64,000 bases of DNA from Felis catus. Taxonomy: Eukaryota. The stretch spans positions 10,540,001-10,604,000 of the forward strand of contig NC_058368.1 in NCBI RefSeq assembly GCF_018350175.1, read 5' to 3'. The position numbers were made by a program, and so were the translations under genes. Position 1 is the stretch's first letter, and each line of letters begins with the position of its first letter. This document shows positions 38,021 to 50,950 of this stretch, one piece after another. The notes under the pieces were generated by a model, which worked only from the letters and a program-made list of their open reading frames with translations, made no database searches and had not been told where the DNA came from.

Positions 38021-39344
38021 CATACAATGCATGCTATCCCCTTCAATGTCCACATTTTTAGAAATCACATGCTCAGAAGATGAAAAATCAGATAGAATAG
38101 ATTTGGAAGTCCTCTTGATGATCTAAATTTCATCCAGTGGAACTTGACCGCACAATTAAAAACCCTCTATCAGGGACTATATCTGCAATGCTGTCCAGTG
38201 TCTGCCCAGAACATAGGAGATTTAGGACTTGAGTATCATGTGCGTGACTACCTCTCAAAGTGTTTTTGAATCAGAATGGTTTTAATCATGCTAAGGGTAA
38301 TGAAAACTGATGTCTTTTGGTTTTTTTTTTCTGGGAAATAATAGCCCAAGAGCCAAGAATCTTCACAATCTCCCAATATTGATGGTTGAATCCATGTTTT
38401 ATTTTTGGTTTGGAAAAATTTGCATTTCTCAGCAGGATGAACTTATCGTATCTAGGACAGTTTTTTTTTTTTCTTTTTGTCCTATCTTGAAACATTGAAG
38501 AATGCCAAGAGAGAATAGGAGCAAAGGTCATCCCAGTGTTAAGGATTTTGCAGAATTTTGTAGTCTGGGATTAAATGTTTTCTTCAGTCAAGAAAGTGCA
38601 GCATTCATTTCAAGTCTATTTTTTTCCAATTTAAGGGAATACACTGTGTGTTTATGATCTGGTGTACACTACTACCCATATTATGTAAATATCTAGAATA
38701 TTCTGGAAAGAGTTGGTAGGAAGATCTAAAATGCTATGAATAGCCTCCTTAATACTTTAAAAGTCATTCTGCTTTCAGTTCTTCAATTACCGTAATAAAT
38801 CTTTCTCATCTCCTTTTCCTGAGGGAAATTACTGGAGTAAACTCAGTTGGATTTCTTTTGAGGAGGTAGATAAACCAAGACTCCTAAGACATAATTTGTA
38901 GCTTAAAAGACATGGGGGGGGGGACTTTATTGAAATAGTTCTATTGTCAATTTTCTCAAAAACTCCATTTTAAGCTCTACCTGTTTAAAATACAAGTAAG
39001 TAGATAGATTGTAACTCTTGACCTCATCCTCTGTAGGCATAGCCTCCGGGCACTCATTGTTTTTTCCTTTCCTGACATTTTAGTCTAACCTCAATGTGAC
39101 AGGTTCAGGCATCCTGAGAGCAATGGTGGGAAGATTTCTGCTCTCCTTGGCTTATGCCTGGAAACCTGGCTTCCCTCTATGAGCTGGACACACAACAGTA
39201 TTATCAATGTCGATCAACTGACTCGAACACGAAAGGCAGTAAGGACATGCAAGAATAGAAAATTGCTCGACCGAGAGACAGAAGTGGCAGGTTTAGAAAG
39301 AAAACTTAAGGTTGGCACGTCTTCAAAGGGGGTGGTTGGTATGC

Positions 39345-39900
39345 TTTCTTTTCCTGTATTTTAGTTCAACATTGAACAGCTACATGTGTGTTCTAGGTCA
39401 GGCCACATCAGGAGTCTAAAAGAAAGGCAGGAACCATCTCTGTTGCCCTAAAACTTCTAACAGTGGGGAAGATGGCATGCATATACGAGTTAAATAATTT
39501 AAGACTGTAGGCACACATGAGAATAAATTAAGTAGACTCTGGGGGTGTGGTGCAGGGAAGACAGGGGGCTTTCAAGGAGGAAAGAAGTAGGGGGTAGCAA
39601 GGTAATGTTGAAGAGAATATGGTAGAGGCATGCTTTAGAGGCAGGGGAGAGAGAGATGGAACGGCAACATGAGGGAAAATGCGGAGGCCTGGCACTATTT
39701 AGCATCGTCTAGGCTTTCTGAAGGAACCAGAGCAATTAGGATGGGAGAAAGTGACAGGAGATCACATTGGAAAGGAAAGGTTGGGCAAGACTGTAGAGAA
39801 TTGTGGATTTCATTCCAAGGAGTTTGACTGGACTTGTTGACAATGAGGCATCATGTAAGGTTTTAAGTAGGACAGTGCCATTCGCCTCACAAAAGGTACA
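39345..39900 (-). mobile_element. L2 fragment
   Basis: ttcaacattgaacagctacatgtg...aaggagtttgactggacttgttgacaatgaggcatcatgtaaggttttaagtagg. Confidence 0.65.
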
Positions 39901-40633
39901 TTTGTAAATTTAAAATCAATTTTTAAACTGAACATAAAAATGTTCAAAAGGGAGAGAAAGAGAACAAAATGAGGCTGCTGTCATGTCAGACCTTACTGCC
40001 TTTTTTACAGCTGGGGAGTTCTCTACTTGAGGCTGTTCAACAAGCTAGGAGATATAAAGGATATAGAAGAAACATATGGGTATAGTAGGTATCTCAGGAT
40101 TGTTTTAGGGGTCCTGAGAGTCTTAGAAGCAAGCTGTTTAATGAGCTACAGAAGTCAGGAGACACAGGAAAACATGTGCATCAAGAGGGTTCCCAGGCCA
40201 CATAGCTGGGGCAGGTCTTACAGAACAACACAGAGCTCATGCCCTTGGCCTGATCTCAGCACCTCCTGCTGGTCTCAGTCTGGATCTCCAGATCCACAAT
40301 GTTCCCGGTTAACTACCCTCCCCAGCTTTTCCCCATCCTCCCTGAAGTCTGGATAAAGATTTCAGTAACTTGCCCTAATTCACCCAACCAACCTGGCAGA
40401 ATAGGAACCCGAAGCTATGTGCTTCTCTTAACATCACGGGACCTTTTGCCAAAGGTGTCAACTTCCACCCCAGGGGGCTTAGTGCTTCAGAAACCTCGAT
40501 TTCCAAACTCTGGACGTGTCAATATGGATGTAGGGCATCTAATTTTCCCTTAACTTCAACTGACTTCTGGAGTTCAACATCTTGACTGCACCTTCCAGAC
40601 CCTTCTTCCTGTGAAGGCAGCCAGACCCCTGCT

Positions 40634-40693
40634 ACCTGGATCCTACCGGCCCCCTGAAGGACATAACCTGGATCCTACTGGCCCCCTGAAGGA
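40634..40693. repeat. 28-bp tandem duplication with a 4-bp spacer
   Basis: acctggatcctac(c/t)ggccccctgaagga at 40634-40661 and 40666-40693; one CpG-type difference. Confidence 0.9.
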
Positions 40694-42796
40694 GGGGCAG
40701 AAAGAGTCTACACCAGCTAGGTAACCTGGTTACCTAGAGGTTAGGTATCAGGGTACCGGGTGGCAAGTTAAGAAACAAAGAAGCAAAATGACCAGAGGTG
40801 GGCAGCAAAGTCTGAGGACCTGCTCAATGGAGGCTTACATTACAGGCACAAAATTAGCAAAATAGACTTTGCCATCAGCTACTATGGCAAGAGGATGGGG
40901 GTGGGAGGCTAGAGAAAGAAGTTTATTGCCTCCTGCATAAGCGATGGATCGGTGTCATGGTTTAGACTAGTGGGAAATACTTTTCACCTCTAATTTCAAG
41001 CAGGAGCTGGCCTTTTATGTTAAAATTATAACCCATCCCAATTCTTTTTTTTTCTAACGGGGATCCTTTTGAGGTAATATTCAGCTGTGGAGCTAGGTTT
41101 AAAACACCTCTCTGATTACCATAGCATGTAAAAAGAAGCTGGGTCTCAAAGAGAGAAGAATGCAGTTGCCAAAGAGAACACAGAAACAGGCACAGCAGGC
41201 TTGGGCTAGGGAGGGCAGCCCCTGTGGCCACAGCAAGTCTTACAGAGAATAGTGTGGGGCAGTGGAGCCTGCTATGAAATAAATGGGAAGGACCGTGTAA
41301 CTGGAGGCTGTTCTAGGAGCAACTTCCGAAGCAAAAAGTCCAGGTCTCAGAAATAAGGGCACCAAACCAAGAAGGGGATACCCAGTGAAGATATGCTCTA
41401 TGAGCATGGATGGGGACATGAGGAAGAGGACCCAGACTGGACCAGAATGGCTCCCTAATCCACTCTGGTTGAAGGGTTATCATTGGTCCCTTGAGTGCGG
41501 AAGAATTCCAGATCCATATCATCGGCCCCACCCCCACCCCCGCATATGCCTTGAGTTTGCAGCCAGTTTTATCTGCCCCTGAGGACATTAACATTCCCCA
41601 TTTGTGGTTCCCCTGCCACTCTCCCTGCTCTGGACTCCCACTTCTCTTCTCAGAAAAATTCCGATTTTTTCCCCCCTTCACGATCCCTCTTCAAAACATT
41701 CCTCAGGATTTCTAAGTGTGTCTTCATCGGTTATCTGAATGGCCCTCCTTCTAGGAAGGTAAGTTCACTTTCTTTCCTGAAGCATCTAGGAGGCATGATG
41801 ACTGATATTCCTAAAAACAAAGCACACGTGGCTTTGCAATCTCTCTGGCCTCCTCTCCATACTCTGGTCTCCTCCCACATAGGTCGCTTCCTCAACAGCT
41901 GCCCCTCTCCTCTGGATCACCACTCCAACGGTATTAGAGCACAGGTGACATGGTTTGTTCCTTTGGACCAGAGGGTGCCCCCCACTCCCCCATTTCTGGA
42001 GCACACTTCTCCCCTGGGGAAGGGGAGGAGGCTGTGGGTAGCTGGGCAGAAAAGCTGGCTCAGGGATACACAGGACGTCCCTGGTGTCTGGGTGATATGC
42101 TTCACCCTGCCCTGTCAGAGCCAATTGGCTAAACTTCTTTATTCACAGGTATCTTCTCCCAGGACCCTACTTCTTCCTTTCTGTCTGCTTTCCTTTGCGG
42201 ACACTCGGTCCAGCAGAAGTATCTAAATATCCGTTGGTTTCAAAGGTCCCTACAGGGTTCCTGCTCTGTCAGGTGCAACAAGAGATATGTCTGGATATTG
42301 CCGTCAGCGACAGTTAAGAACGTTCCCAATGTTCTATGACAGTTAAGAAGCAGTCTGCCTGGAGCATCAACAGCTGACTTCTGGGTCAGAGGTCATGAGC
42401 TCTGAGGTTCCTCAGGTGTTGCCTGGATAAAAATGCCCTTTTACCTGCCTATAAAAAACTGTACGTTTTTCATTTTGGAGTATGTGTTCGGTCACATTCA
42501 GTACACTGTTTTGCTCTTTTCACAAAAAATCCTGACTTAAAGAATTCTAGGTATTTCTCTATGTCCATACATTGATTGGATAGACCTGAAGACGAGGTTC
42601 CCGGAGTTTAGGAGCCCATTGGGCAGCACTCTTGCCCTAAGGAGGCTGAATTCTGCAGGGGTAGAGTATTGACATTGGGCTGGATGGGAACAGATTGGGA
42701 AGCTGACTCAACCTAGGCAAAGACTGGGGTCATGAAAGGGTCAAAGTTCTGTCCTGACCTGCTAACAGATATGGGGAAGAAAAGGATATAATTTTT

Positions 42797-42810
42797 TTAA
42801 CCTTATTTAT

Positions 42811-42870
<60 letters not shown>

Positions 42871-43033
42871 CACAAGCAGGGGAGGGGTATAGAAAGAGGG
42901 AGAGAGAGGATCCTAAGCAGACTCTGTGCTGTCAATGAGGAGCCCGATGCAGGACTCAATCCCACCAATTGTGAGATCATGACCTGAGCTGAAATTAATA
43001 GGCACTTAACCAGTTGAGCCACTCAGGTACCCT
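42797..43033 (-). mobile_element. Can-SINE (SINEC_Fc2-like) with long (GA)n
   Basis: (GA)n at about 42814-42867; gagatcatgacctgagctgaaat; TSD gaaaaggatataattttt / gaaaaggacgtaattttt. Confidence 0.93.
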
Positions 43034-44271
43034 GAAAAGGACGTAATTTTTAAAACCCCTAAAAGTGAACCATTTTCTTCATCGTAGACCTATTTATTTT
43101 TACTTTGAGATATAAAGCAGAAGGATACATAAAACTATCATTTAAATAATAATCATCAAGCAAACACCTCTTGATATGTGTCTTCTATAAAGGCAGAATC
43201 TAGTGCTTGAAGTTGACTGATGGGGGAGGGTACAGGGCAAACAGGGGAAAAGGACAGGTAACAGCATAGTGGTGAGAGTTTGAGGTGAGTACTTAAGTCC
43301 TTTGACAACTAAAATAGTATTCGATTGAAATTCTACTGCTGATTCTTATCTTTTCCTTATGTAATGCACTGTTTAATAGTGTATGAGGTGAGTTTTAGAA
43401 TCTGATGATAGGTCTTACCTGTTTCGGGGAATTGGGTTGGGTTTTGGGAAATACTCTTGATCTCTCAAAATATCTGATAAGGATTCGTGGAGGAGTAACT
43501 GTGGTGACAGTTTGTGAGAATCAGAACAGCTGGCAAGAGAGGAGTCTGGCTTTGAACTAGTCAACCCACTACAAACACACCTCCCACCTGCCCTAGAAAA
43601 TGCTCTGCTTACTCTTTGGCATTGCAGTTTTTGTTTGTTTGTTTTTTAAACACAGTCTCGAGATAGTTGTTCATTGGTTTTGCTACTGAAGAGCTGTTTG
43701 TTCTTATTCCACAGGGGTATTGGATTTCATGGTCTCTGCCTTCAAGTAAGGAAGGATGATGCCCGCTCACCACTTTGGCAGCCATTTTGTCCAAGTTAAG
43801 AGGCCCCTTAGTTACATTCCCAGGATTACAATCAAATACAGTGTATCTATAAAAGAAAAAGAAGACACTGCAACCCCAGTTTTTTGTATTGACATTCTAG
43901 GAATAAGCTAGCAACACATCTACAGTTTTAGTGTGACTTTCTGGGCCACAATTTATTTGGGAATAGGCACACCTGAGATTTGAGTGCAGTGCCTAAGACC
44001 CTGGGCTTGGGCATCAGGGAAACCAGGAGTAAAATGTTGGCAAATATCCTTCCAATTACTTTTCAGGGTGCAAACCCACAGAGGCAAAATGAATTTATTT
44101 TTTCTTTTTATGAAAGTAGGACAATATAATTTGTGTAGTAATTTATGTTTTTAACTTAATTAATAGAAATGAATATATCACTTAATAGCAATCTGTAGCT
44201 TATAATGTCTATATCGTATTTTACTGTGTATATTTAACCAGGCTCCTACTGTTCATTTAGGTTGTTTTCAA

Positions 44272-44700
44272 TTCTTTTTTTCTTTAACTGGAGTATAGTT
44301 GACACACAATGTTATATTTCAGGTGTACAACATAATGATTCCACAAGTTTATATTATGCTACGCTCACCACAAGTGTAACTACCATCTGTGACCATACAA
44401 CACTGTTATAATACCACCGACTATCATCCTTACATTGTACCTTTCATTTCTGTGAGTTATTCATTCCATAACTGCAAGCTCGTATCTCCCAGTCCCCTTC
44501 ATTCATTTCCCCCCCACCCCCAGCCTCCCTTCAGGAAACCACCAGTTTGTTCTCTGTATGTATGGGTCTGTCTGCTTTTCTGGTTTGTTTATTTTGTTTT
44601 CTAGATTCTACATATAAGTGAAATCATATGGTATTTGTTTGTATCTGTGTGACTTATTTCGGTTAGCATAATACCTCCCAGATCCACCCATTCTGTCCCA
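44272..44700 (-). mobile_element. Carnivore L1 (L1_Carn-like) 3' end inserted in older L1ME
   Basis: gagtatagttgacacacaatgttat...caggtgtacaacataatgattc...ctagattctacatataagtgaaatcatatggtatttg. Confidence 0.85.
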
Positions 44701-45202
44701 TAGTTAATTGTTTGCTTTTATGAATACTGCTGCAATTACTAATCTCGCTTCTGATTATTTCATTAGTATTAAAGACAGGAATCTGGAATTTTCCAAACTG
44801 TTTGCGTATTTTAAAACGTTTTTCACAATAACTTCCAGAAGTTATCAACAAGGAAGAGAGAGCAATATTTTTGCACTGATGGTAATGACTTAGGAGAAAG
44901 AAAAACTGATACTTGGCAGAGAGGGCAGAATAGCTAGAGTAGTGTCATTAAGGAGGTGAGAGTGTATGGGATCTTAGTGCCCAGATGGGTGTTGGGGGGG
45001 AGGCAATTTTAAATAGAAGCAAGGAGAACTTATCTCTGGTAGAGAGCAGGAAGATAGAATATGTGGGAGAAGATGCTGGAAGGTTGACAGTGGGGGTAGG
45101 AAAGAGAAGTTCCGATTGCTTCGAGAAGTGAAAAACAAGGTCATGAGTTAGAGTGAGGGGAGAGGAGATGATGAAGGTTTGAGAGAAGAAGATGGTAAAA
45201 TA

Positions 45203-45831
45203 GAGTTGATTCTCATTATTTGTGGATTTAACATTTACAAATTCACCCATTTGTTAAAATTAACTTGTCACCCTCAAGCATGCAGTCTTAGTGTTTTCAT
45301 TTGCAGATATGTGCACACTCAGAGCTATGAAAAATTGTGGTCACCCAACATGTATGCTCCCAGCTGAGACTGACCAAGTTACACTGTGCTTTATTGTTTT
45401 AGCCCTCGTGCTATAAGAAAGTGACCTTTTCGTTGCCTATGTAGAGCCATACTTTTAGCACAAAATGGTGCTGTCTAAAATGCCCACCTCCAAGCATAGT
45501 GCTGAAATGCTGTCTAGTGTTCCTAAGAGCAAGGAGGCTGTGGTGTGCCTTATGGAGAAAATATGACTATTGGACAATTCAGGCATGAGTTATAATGCTA
45601 TTGTCTCTGAGTTAAATGTTAATGAATCAATAATATAGATTCAGTAAGATGGCTTTAAATGAAAACACACAAAGAACAAGATTATATGTGATCAGTTGAT
45701 GAAAATGTGGCCAGAAGCTCGTAGCAACCTAACTCTGTATTTTTCCTAGGAGCACTGGTTCAGTATGCATTAGTTCACTGTTGCTGGTGACATCAAAGAA
45801 CGTCACTGTAGCAAATAACAAGAATTGACTG
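45203..45831. mobile_element. MER82-like TcMar-Tigger non-autonomous element, full length
   Basis: TIRs (g)agttgattctcattatttg ... caaataacaagaattgactg flanked by TA; internal ccaagcatagtgctgaaatgctgtctagtgttcctaag, ttcaggcatgagttataatgct. Confidence 0.85.
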
Positions 45832-45835
45832 TATT

Positions 45836-46053
45836 GGAGCACCTGGGTGGCTCAGTTGGTTAAGCGTCCAACTTCGGCTCAGGTCACGATCTCACAGTCT
45901 GTGTGCTCGAGCCCCACGTCGGGCTCTGTGCTGACAGCTCAGAGCCTGGAGCCCGCTTCGGATTCTGTGTCTCCCTCTCTCTCTGCCCCTCCCCTACTCA
46001 TGCTCTGTCTCTCTCTCTCTCAAAAATAAATACACTTTAAAAAAATTTAAAAA
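45836..46053 (+). mobile_element. Can-SINE (SINEC_Fc)
   Basis: Full length; TSD aagaattgactgtatt (45820-45835) / aagaattgactgcatt (46054-46069). Confidence 0.96.
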
Positions 46054-46348
46054 AAGAATTGACTGCATTTGTCTCAAAGAGTAGGAGAGTGAATGAAATA
46101 GGGAAGTTGGGCATCATAAAACAAGGGTTCATTTGACTTAAAATTAGAAATTTGAAGTAGGATCAATCAGCGTGATTGTGTGTTTTCCTCCAGCCATATT
46201 AGCTGTACAAAGACAGGTATGAAATAGGCAAACAGCTGGTATTAACTAGGGTTGTGATTCTGCCAAATGAATATGGTGAGTCCAGGCAGTAGTTGAGGGG
46301 TTGAGAATATATGCAAGAGAGTAGTTATGATAGTGCTCTTTGTGGCTT

Positions 46349-46351
<3 letters not shown>

Positions 46352-46390
<39 letters not shown>
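46352..46390. repeat. (TG)n microsatellite
   Basis: Direct reading. Confidence 0.95.
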
Positions 46391-46394
<4 letters not shown>

Positions 46395-46879
46395 ATTTAT
46401 TTTCAGTATAGAGGGAGTCAGGCATTGTATAGATTTATGTCTTTTTCAGTGTGGAAGTCAGGATTTTAAGTTTTCTGAGGGCAGTTTGTCAGGATTAGGA
46501 TCCATGTTCCACCAAGTACTAGCAAGATAAGCTTGTAAATCTGGTGACTGTGTTGTGATTTGTTCAACCTCAGTGAAACAACTACTGGTAGAGTCGTATG
46601 GTATTTGCCACACTCAACAAAACTTTCTCCAGTGGATCGCACCACTATATTCGCCTATTGGAGCTCTGAAAAACAAAACCTTCCCCAGTCAAGAATTAGT
46701 AAATGGGAAGACTGGAACAATTTATGTTATCTAAAACCACCACATTTTAAAGACTTGACCATGATATTTAATATACCCGTATAAAAAAACTATTAGTGGT
46801 AATGGTACATGCGTGTTGATTAAAACTTGTTTTCCTCCAAACTCCAGAATTCCATGATCTGTAAGAACAGAAATTTCAC

Positions 46880-47520
46880 ATAGCACAAACTTTTCTAGAG
46901 AATAGAGAAATGCGTATTTCCCAACCCATCTTTGAGGCCAGCACAACGGTGACACCGAAATCAGACAAGGACTGTGTCACACACACAAAAAAAATTATAA
47001 GACAACATCACTCATTTATCTGCATAAAAAATGCCAGGTATGATAAAAAGCATACTAAATTCAGCAATATAAAGAACAGAAACTACATTCTGACCAAGTT
47101 GGGCTTACCCTAGAGATGGAAAAGTGGTTATCATTAGAGAATCTCTAAATATAGTTGATCATATAAATATAGAAGAAAAACCTACAAATGCTTCAATAGG
47201 GGCACAGAGAGAATTCGGTAAAATTCTATACTCTTTCATGATTAAAAAAAAAAAGCTCTTGGTAAAGACATGGTAAGAAACAGAAGAGAACTTCCTTAAT
47301 ATGACTACAGTTAACTACCCAAAACCTACAACAGACATTAGAATCATCTCATTAGAAAATCAAGAACTCACTACTACCATGCCCTTTCTACATTATTCTG
47401 GTGGTCCTCGATAGAGTCATAAATCAAGAAAAAGAAATAAAGAATGCAAGGATTAGGAAGGAAATAAAATTGTCATTATTCACATCAGATTGTCTACATA
47501 GAAAACCCAAAACAATCTTT
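46880..47520 (+). mobile_element. Old L1M ORF2 (RT region) fragments
   Basis: tttgaggccagcacaac...aaatcagacaaggac; aaatcaagaaaaagaaataaag...gattaggaaggaaataaaattgtcattattcaca...gtctacatagaaaacccaaa. Confidence 0.8.
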
Positions 47521-47583
47521 GCCTCAGCTATAAAATGTTTGTTTAAATGGATAGAAAAAACTACTTACATTTCTTGAAAAAAA

Positions 47584-47769
47584 TTTTTTTTCAAGGTTTA
47601 TTTATTTTTGAGAGAAAGAGAGACAGACTGTGAGCAGGGGAGTGGCAGAGAGAGAGGGAGACACAGAATCTGAAGCAGGCTCCGGGCTCTGAGCTGTCAG
47701 CACAGAGCCCGATGCAGGGCTCGAACTCATGAGGTGTGAGATCATGACCTGAGGTGAAGTCGATGCTTA
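47584..47769 (-). mobile_element. Can-SINE (SINEC_Fc), 5'-truncated
   Basis: Body intact to gaagtcgatgctta; the 5' ~25 bp with the A box is missing; no TSD seen. Confidence 0.93.
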
Positions 47770-48001
47770 GGGAAAAAATCAAAACAATAAAAATAAACTC
47801 AGTAAGAAAACACAATTGAAGAGCATAGTATTGTTGCAAACTTTCAATAGCACAAATGGAATCATATTTATGTATCAAATTTACAACTCAGAGTTGATTT
47901 TCAACTGACCGAATGTTGACATTTCATGGGGTACTCCTCTAATATACATTGGGAATAATCTGTTTCTTGAAAGTTTGGCAGGACTTGCCCATAAAACCAT
48001 G

Positions 48002-48246
48002 TAAGTTACACACACACACATACACACAATGAGTTTGTGTAAAAACTGATGAAATTGAATAATGTCCGTAATCTAGTTGATAGTAATCTGCCAATGTCAA
48101 TTTACCGATTTTGATATTGACCTACAGCTATAAAAGGTGCCACCCTTGGGGAAAGATGGGTAAGTGAGCATGGGATTCTCTTCCATTCTCTTTTGCAACT
48201 TTTTGTAAATCTAAAATTATTTTAAAATAGAAAGTTAAAAAGAAAA
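48002..48246 (+). mobile_element. L1MC/MD 3' end
   Basis: gtaaaaactgatgaaattgaataa...ccaatgtcaattt...ttttgcaactttttgtaaatctaaaattattttaaaatagaaagttaaaa. Confidence 0.8.
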
Positions 48247-49469
48247 TACATGGGCCTCTTATGAATGACATTTATTTTTTTTTTTACTCATTTATGTCAA
48301 ACAGATAGAAATCATGTAGCACTCGTTTCTTAATCCAACTCATTGTTGCTCACGTTAACTAGAAATGGAGTCCCTTAAAAAAACCTGTGTCAAAAAAGCA
48401 AAGCGTTCCACATTTGTGTTTCTCAAAGCTGGTGCTATGGAATTTGATCTCTGCAGTAGTAAGCTCATGAGTATTAATGGTCGTTGGCTAAAAATAACCC
48501 CCAGGGAGGTTACCTGGAGTTCTCTGTCATCCACGGGTATAGAGGCATTTCTGCAACTGACTAGAAGAAACCTTTTTGTCATCTCTCTGGTCACAGTTGC
48601 ACTAAGTGCACTCAGCCCACCATGTGGCCCTTCGCTTGTCATTTCAATGGATCATTGGGCAGCTGTTATAAAGGGAGTCTATCCAAAAACACCAGGATCA
48701 GAGACCACATTCAAGAGAAGCTCAAAGAGGAACGAATAATGTGAGGCTTTTAGTTATCATTGAATGTTATCCTTTATAAAGTTGAGAGTCAAAAAGGCTT
48801 TGAAAAAAGTCACCTTGTGAAATGACACAGTTCTATCCACTCTTTTTTTTTTTTTTTTTTTTTGAGGAATAAAGGGCTCAGTTTCATTAGGCAGTTTATT
48901 AAAAAAAAAAAAAACCTAATAGCTAGATATTTAAAGCCCCTGGGTTACTTTCAATTTTAAAAGTCCATTTCTAATGTTCTAAAGTTAAAAATGGCAGAAA
49001 TATTTTTACACAGCTTTGTAATTTCTTTTTCTGCCATAGGTGTTCATGGGTGTCTCAGGCTGGTCCACCAGATAGATGTGCCTGAAATCCTTGCTCTGAA
49101 GAGATGTGCCACGGTGGTGGGAAAAGAAATCCAAGCAAGCACCAGTGGAGTATTCCAGGCTGTCAGAGGTCGCTGAGGTAGAAAGAATGAACATGATGCC
49201 CTGTGCCCCTCTACAGTAGGAAACTAATAGGACCAAGAGTTAACATGCTCTGAGGACAGTGCCGTATTCTGAGGTAATCACCGACCTTCTGGTCGAGAGG
49301 CTCTTCTGTATATGGCCGGGGCTGGCCCAATCTTTCTTTCTTCAGTCTTCCACTGAGCTATCTTCTATTTTTTCTTCTCTTCATACAGAGACCTTCTCCT
49401 TAGATTCCTAGGAAGCGGGCCACTTGATGGAAGAAAATTGAGTAACTTCCTCCTTCATAGAGCATTTCA

Positions 49470-49503
<34 letters not shown>

Positions 49504-49520
49504 GTAATTATTATTATTTT
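49470..49520. repeat. (AAT)n followed by a short inverted (ATT)n
   Basis: Direct reading. Confidence 0.9.
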
Positions 49521-50719
49521 TAGTGTTGTCATGTACTTCATTAATATTAGGAAATGAATTCTAATGATTTTCAGATATTCCCTATCTTTATCCTGTAAAT
49601 ATATTGTCTTATTTCCAATGATTCATCCTTGAGAAACAGGTGACATTTCATAGATAGATAAAGCAACGCTCACAGAAGACCAGGATCCTTATGTTCCATT
49701 GCCAAAGCACTAGGTTCTCAGGTTCCGTTTCCACCCTTGATTTGACTTGCATCATCTCCAGTTTCCACTTTGAGCTTAAAGGGATCTCTAATGATCCTGG
49801 ATTCTTGCATCACTTATTTGAGAGGCCAGCCACTTGAAGCTGAGGAAATAGAAGGAGTAGAATCCCAGCAGACTCTGAAGAGTGACCAGCAGAAATCAAC
49901 ACTACTGGCTCTATCTTTACTGGACTTCAATTTAATAAAGTGAAGATGTCTTTCTTACCATTTGAGGATCCTCTAACAGTGGTGTTTGAGTCCCTCACCA
50001 TTATTGTACTCTGATGGCTGGACACGTAGTACTGAGCAAGGAGGTGGGACACAGGGACGGGAATAAGTGTGGCCCTATGTCCATGGCTCCCTTAGTCCCC
50101 TGTGAATGCGGCTACATATGATTATGCCAGGAGACAGCCTTAGCACGGCCCCAGACATTGTTCCAAGGGAGACACAACTGCCCAGAGTTGACCCTCCCGA
50201 TGAAACCCACTGGCCATCCCTGGGCTAACAAAGGGATGAGTTACAGACTCATAGTGGCTGAGGGAGTAAAAGGACTTCAGAAATAATAGAAAATGATATT
50301 TTTAATGAGATAAAGTTAGAGAAAATCTACTGACAGCTTGCAGAATGTCTGAGAGACAAGTTAGTAAATGCGCCAGGGAAGTACATTTAGGAAGGGGAAT
50401 CGTAGACAAAAACCCTCTCTGTCTTGCCCTAGCATATTGGATATTCACAGACCAAATAGAAACGATTTGCTAGTACTTGTTTGATCTCTGTTTTGTCAGT
50501 TTGGCTAACTGAGAACTGACTATGTGACAAGTCAGCTAATCGATATTTCTGTGTGCCTACTGTGTGTTAGAAACTTTGGTAGATAGTAACAGTAACTAAG
50601 AAGACATATTATTTAATGCTGGATAATGAAAACCGTTGCTTCAACACAACGGCTATCATTTTTAGTGAGCGACATGGATTTTTTTTTCCTGTTAAAAGTG
50701 TACATTTAACCCCAAATAT

Positions 50720-50950
50720 AAGGCAGTGATGCACAGTGGTTAAGAACACAGACTGTAACTAGACTGCTCTCTGGCTCCAGTCCCGACTGCCACACTATGG
50801 CTTTGTAACATTGGGTAGGTTTTTCAAACTTCAAAGATGAGGAGAATAATACCTACATTATACGATTAGTATTAAAAATAAATGAATTCGTATTTGAATA
50901 CCGCTTAGAACAATGGCTGACAAAGAGTACTATGCCAGTTTATTAAATAA
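50720..50950 (+). mobile_element. MIR SINE
   Basis: cacagtggttaagaacacagactg...aaagatgaggagaataatacctac...cttagaacaatggctgaca. Confidence 0.75.

Noticed and set aside
30838..42349. CRISPR-like repeat-spacer arrays among the short direct repeats
   Set aside because: Only 2-3 copies each, no regular unique spacers, no cas genes, and a mammalian context
49040..49178. Candidate exon after the acceptor tttctttttctgccatAG
   Set aside because: The acceptor is good, but nearby donors are weak (gtagaa, gtaatc), all three frames stop within the segment, and there is no recognisable homology
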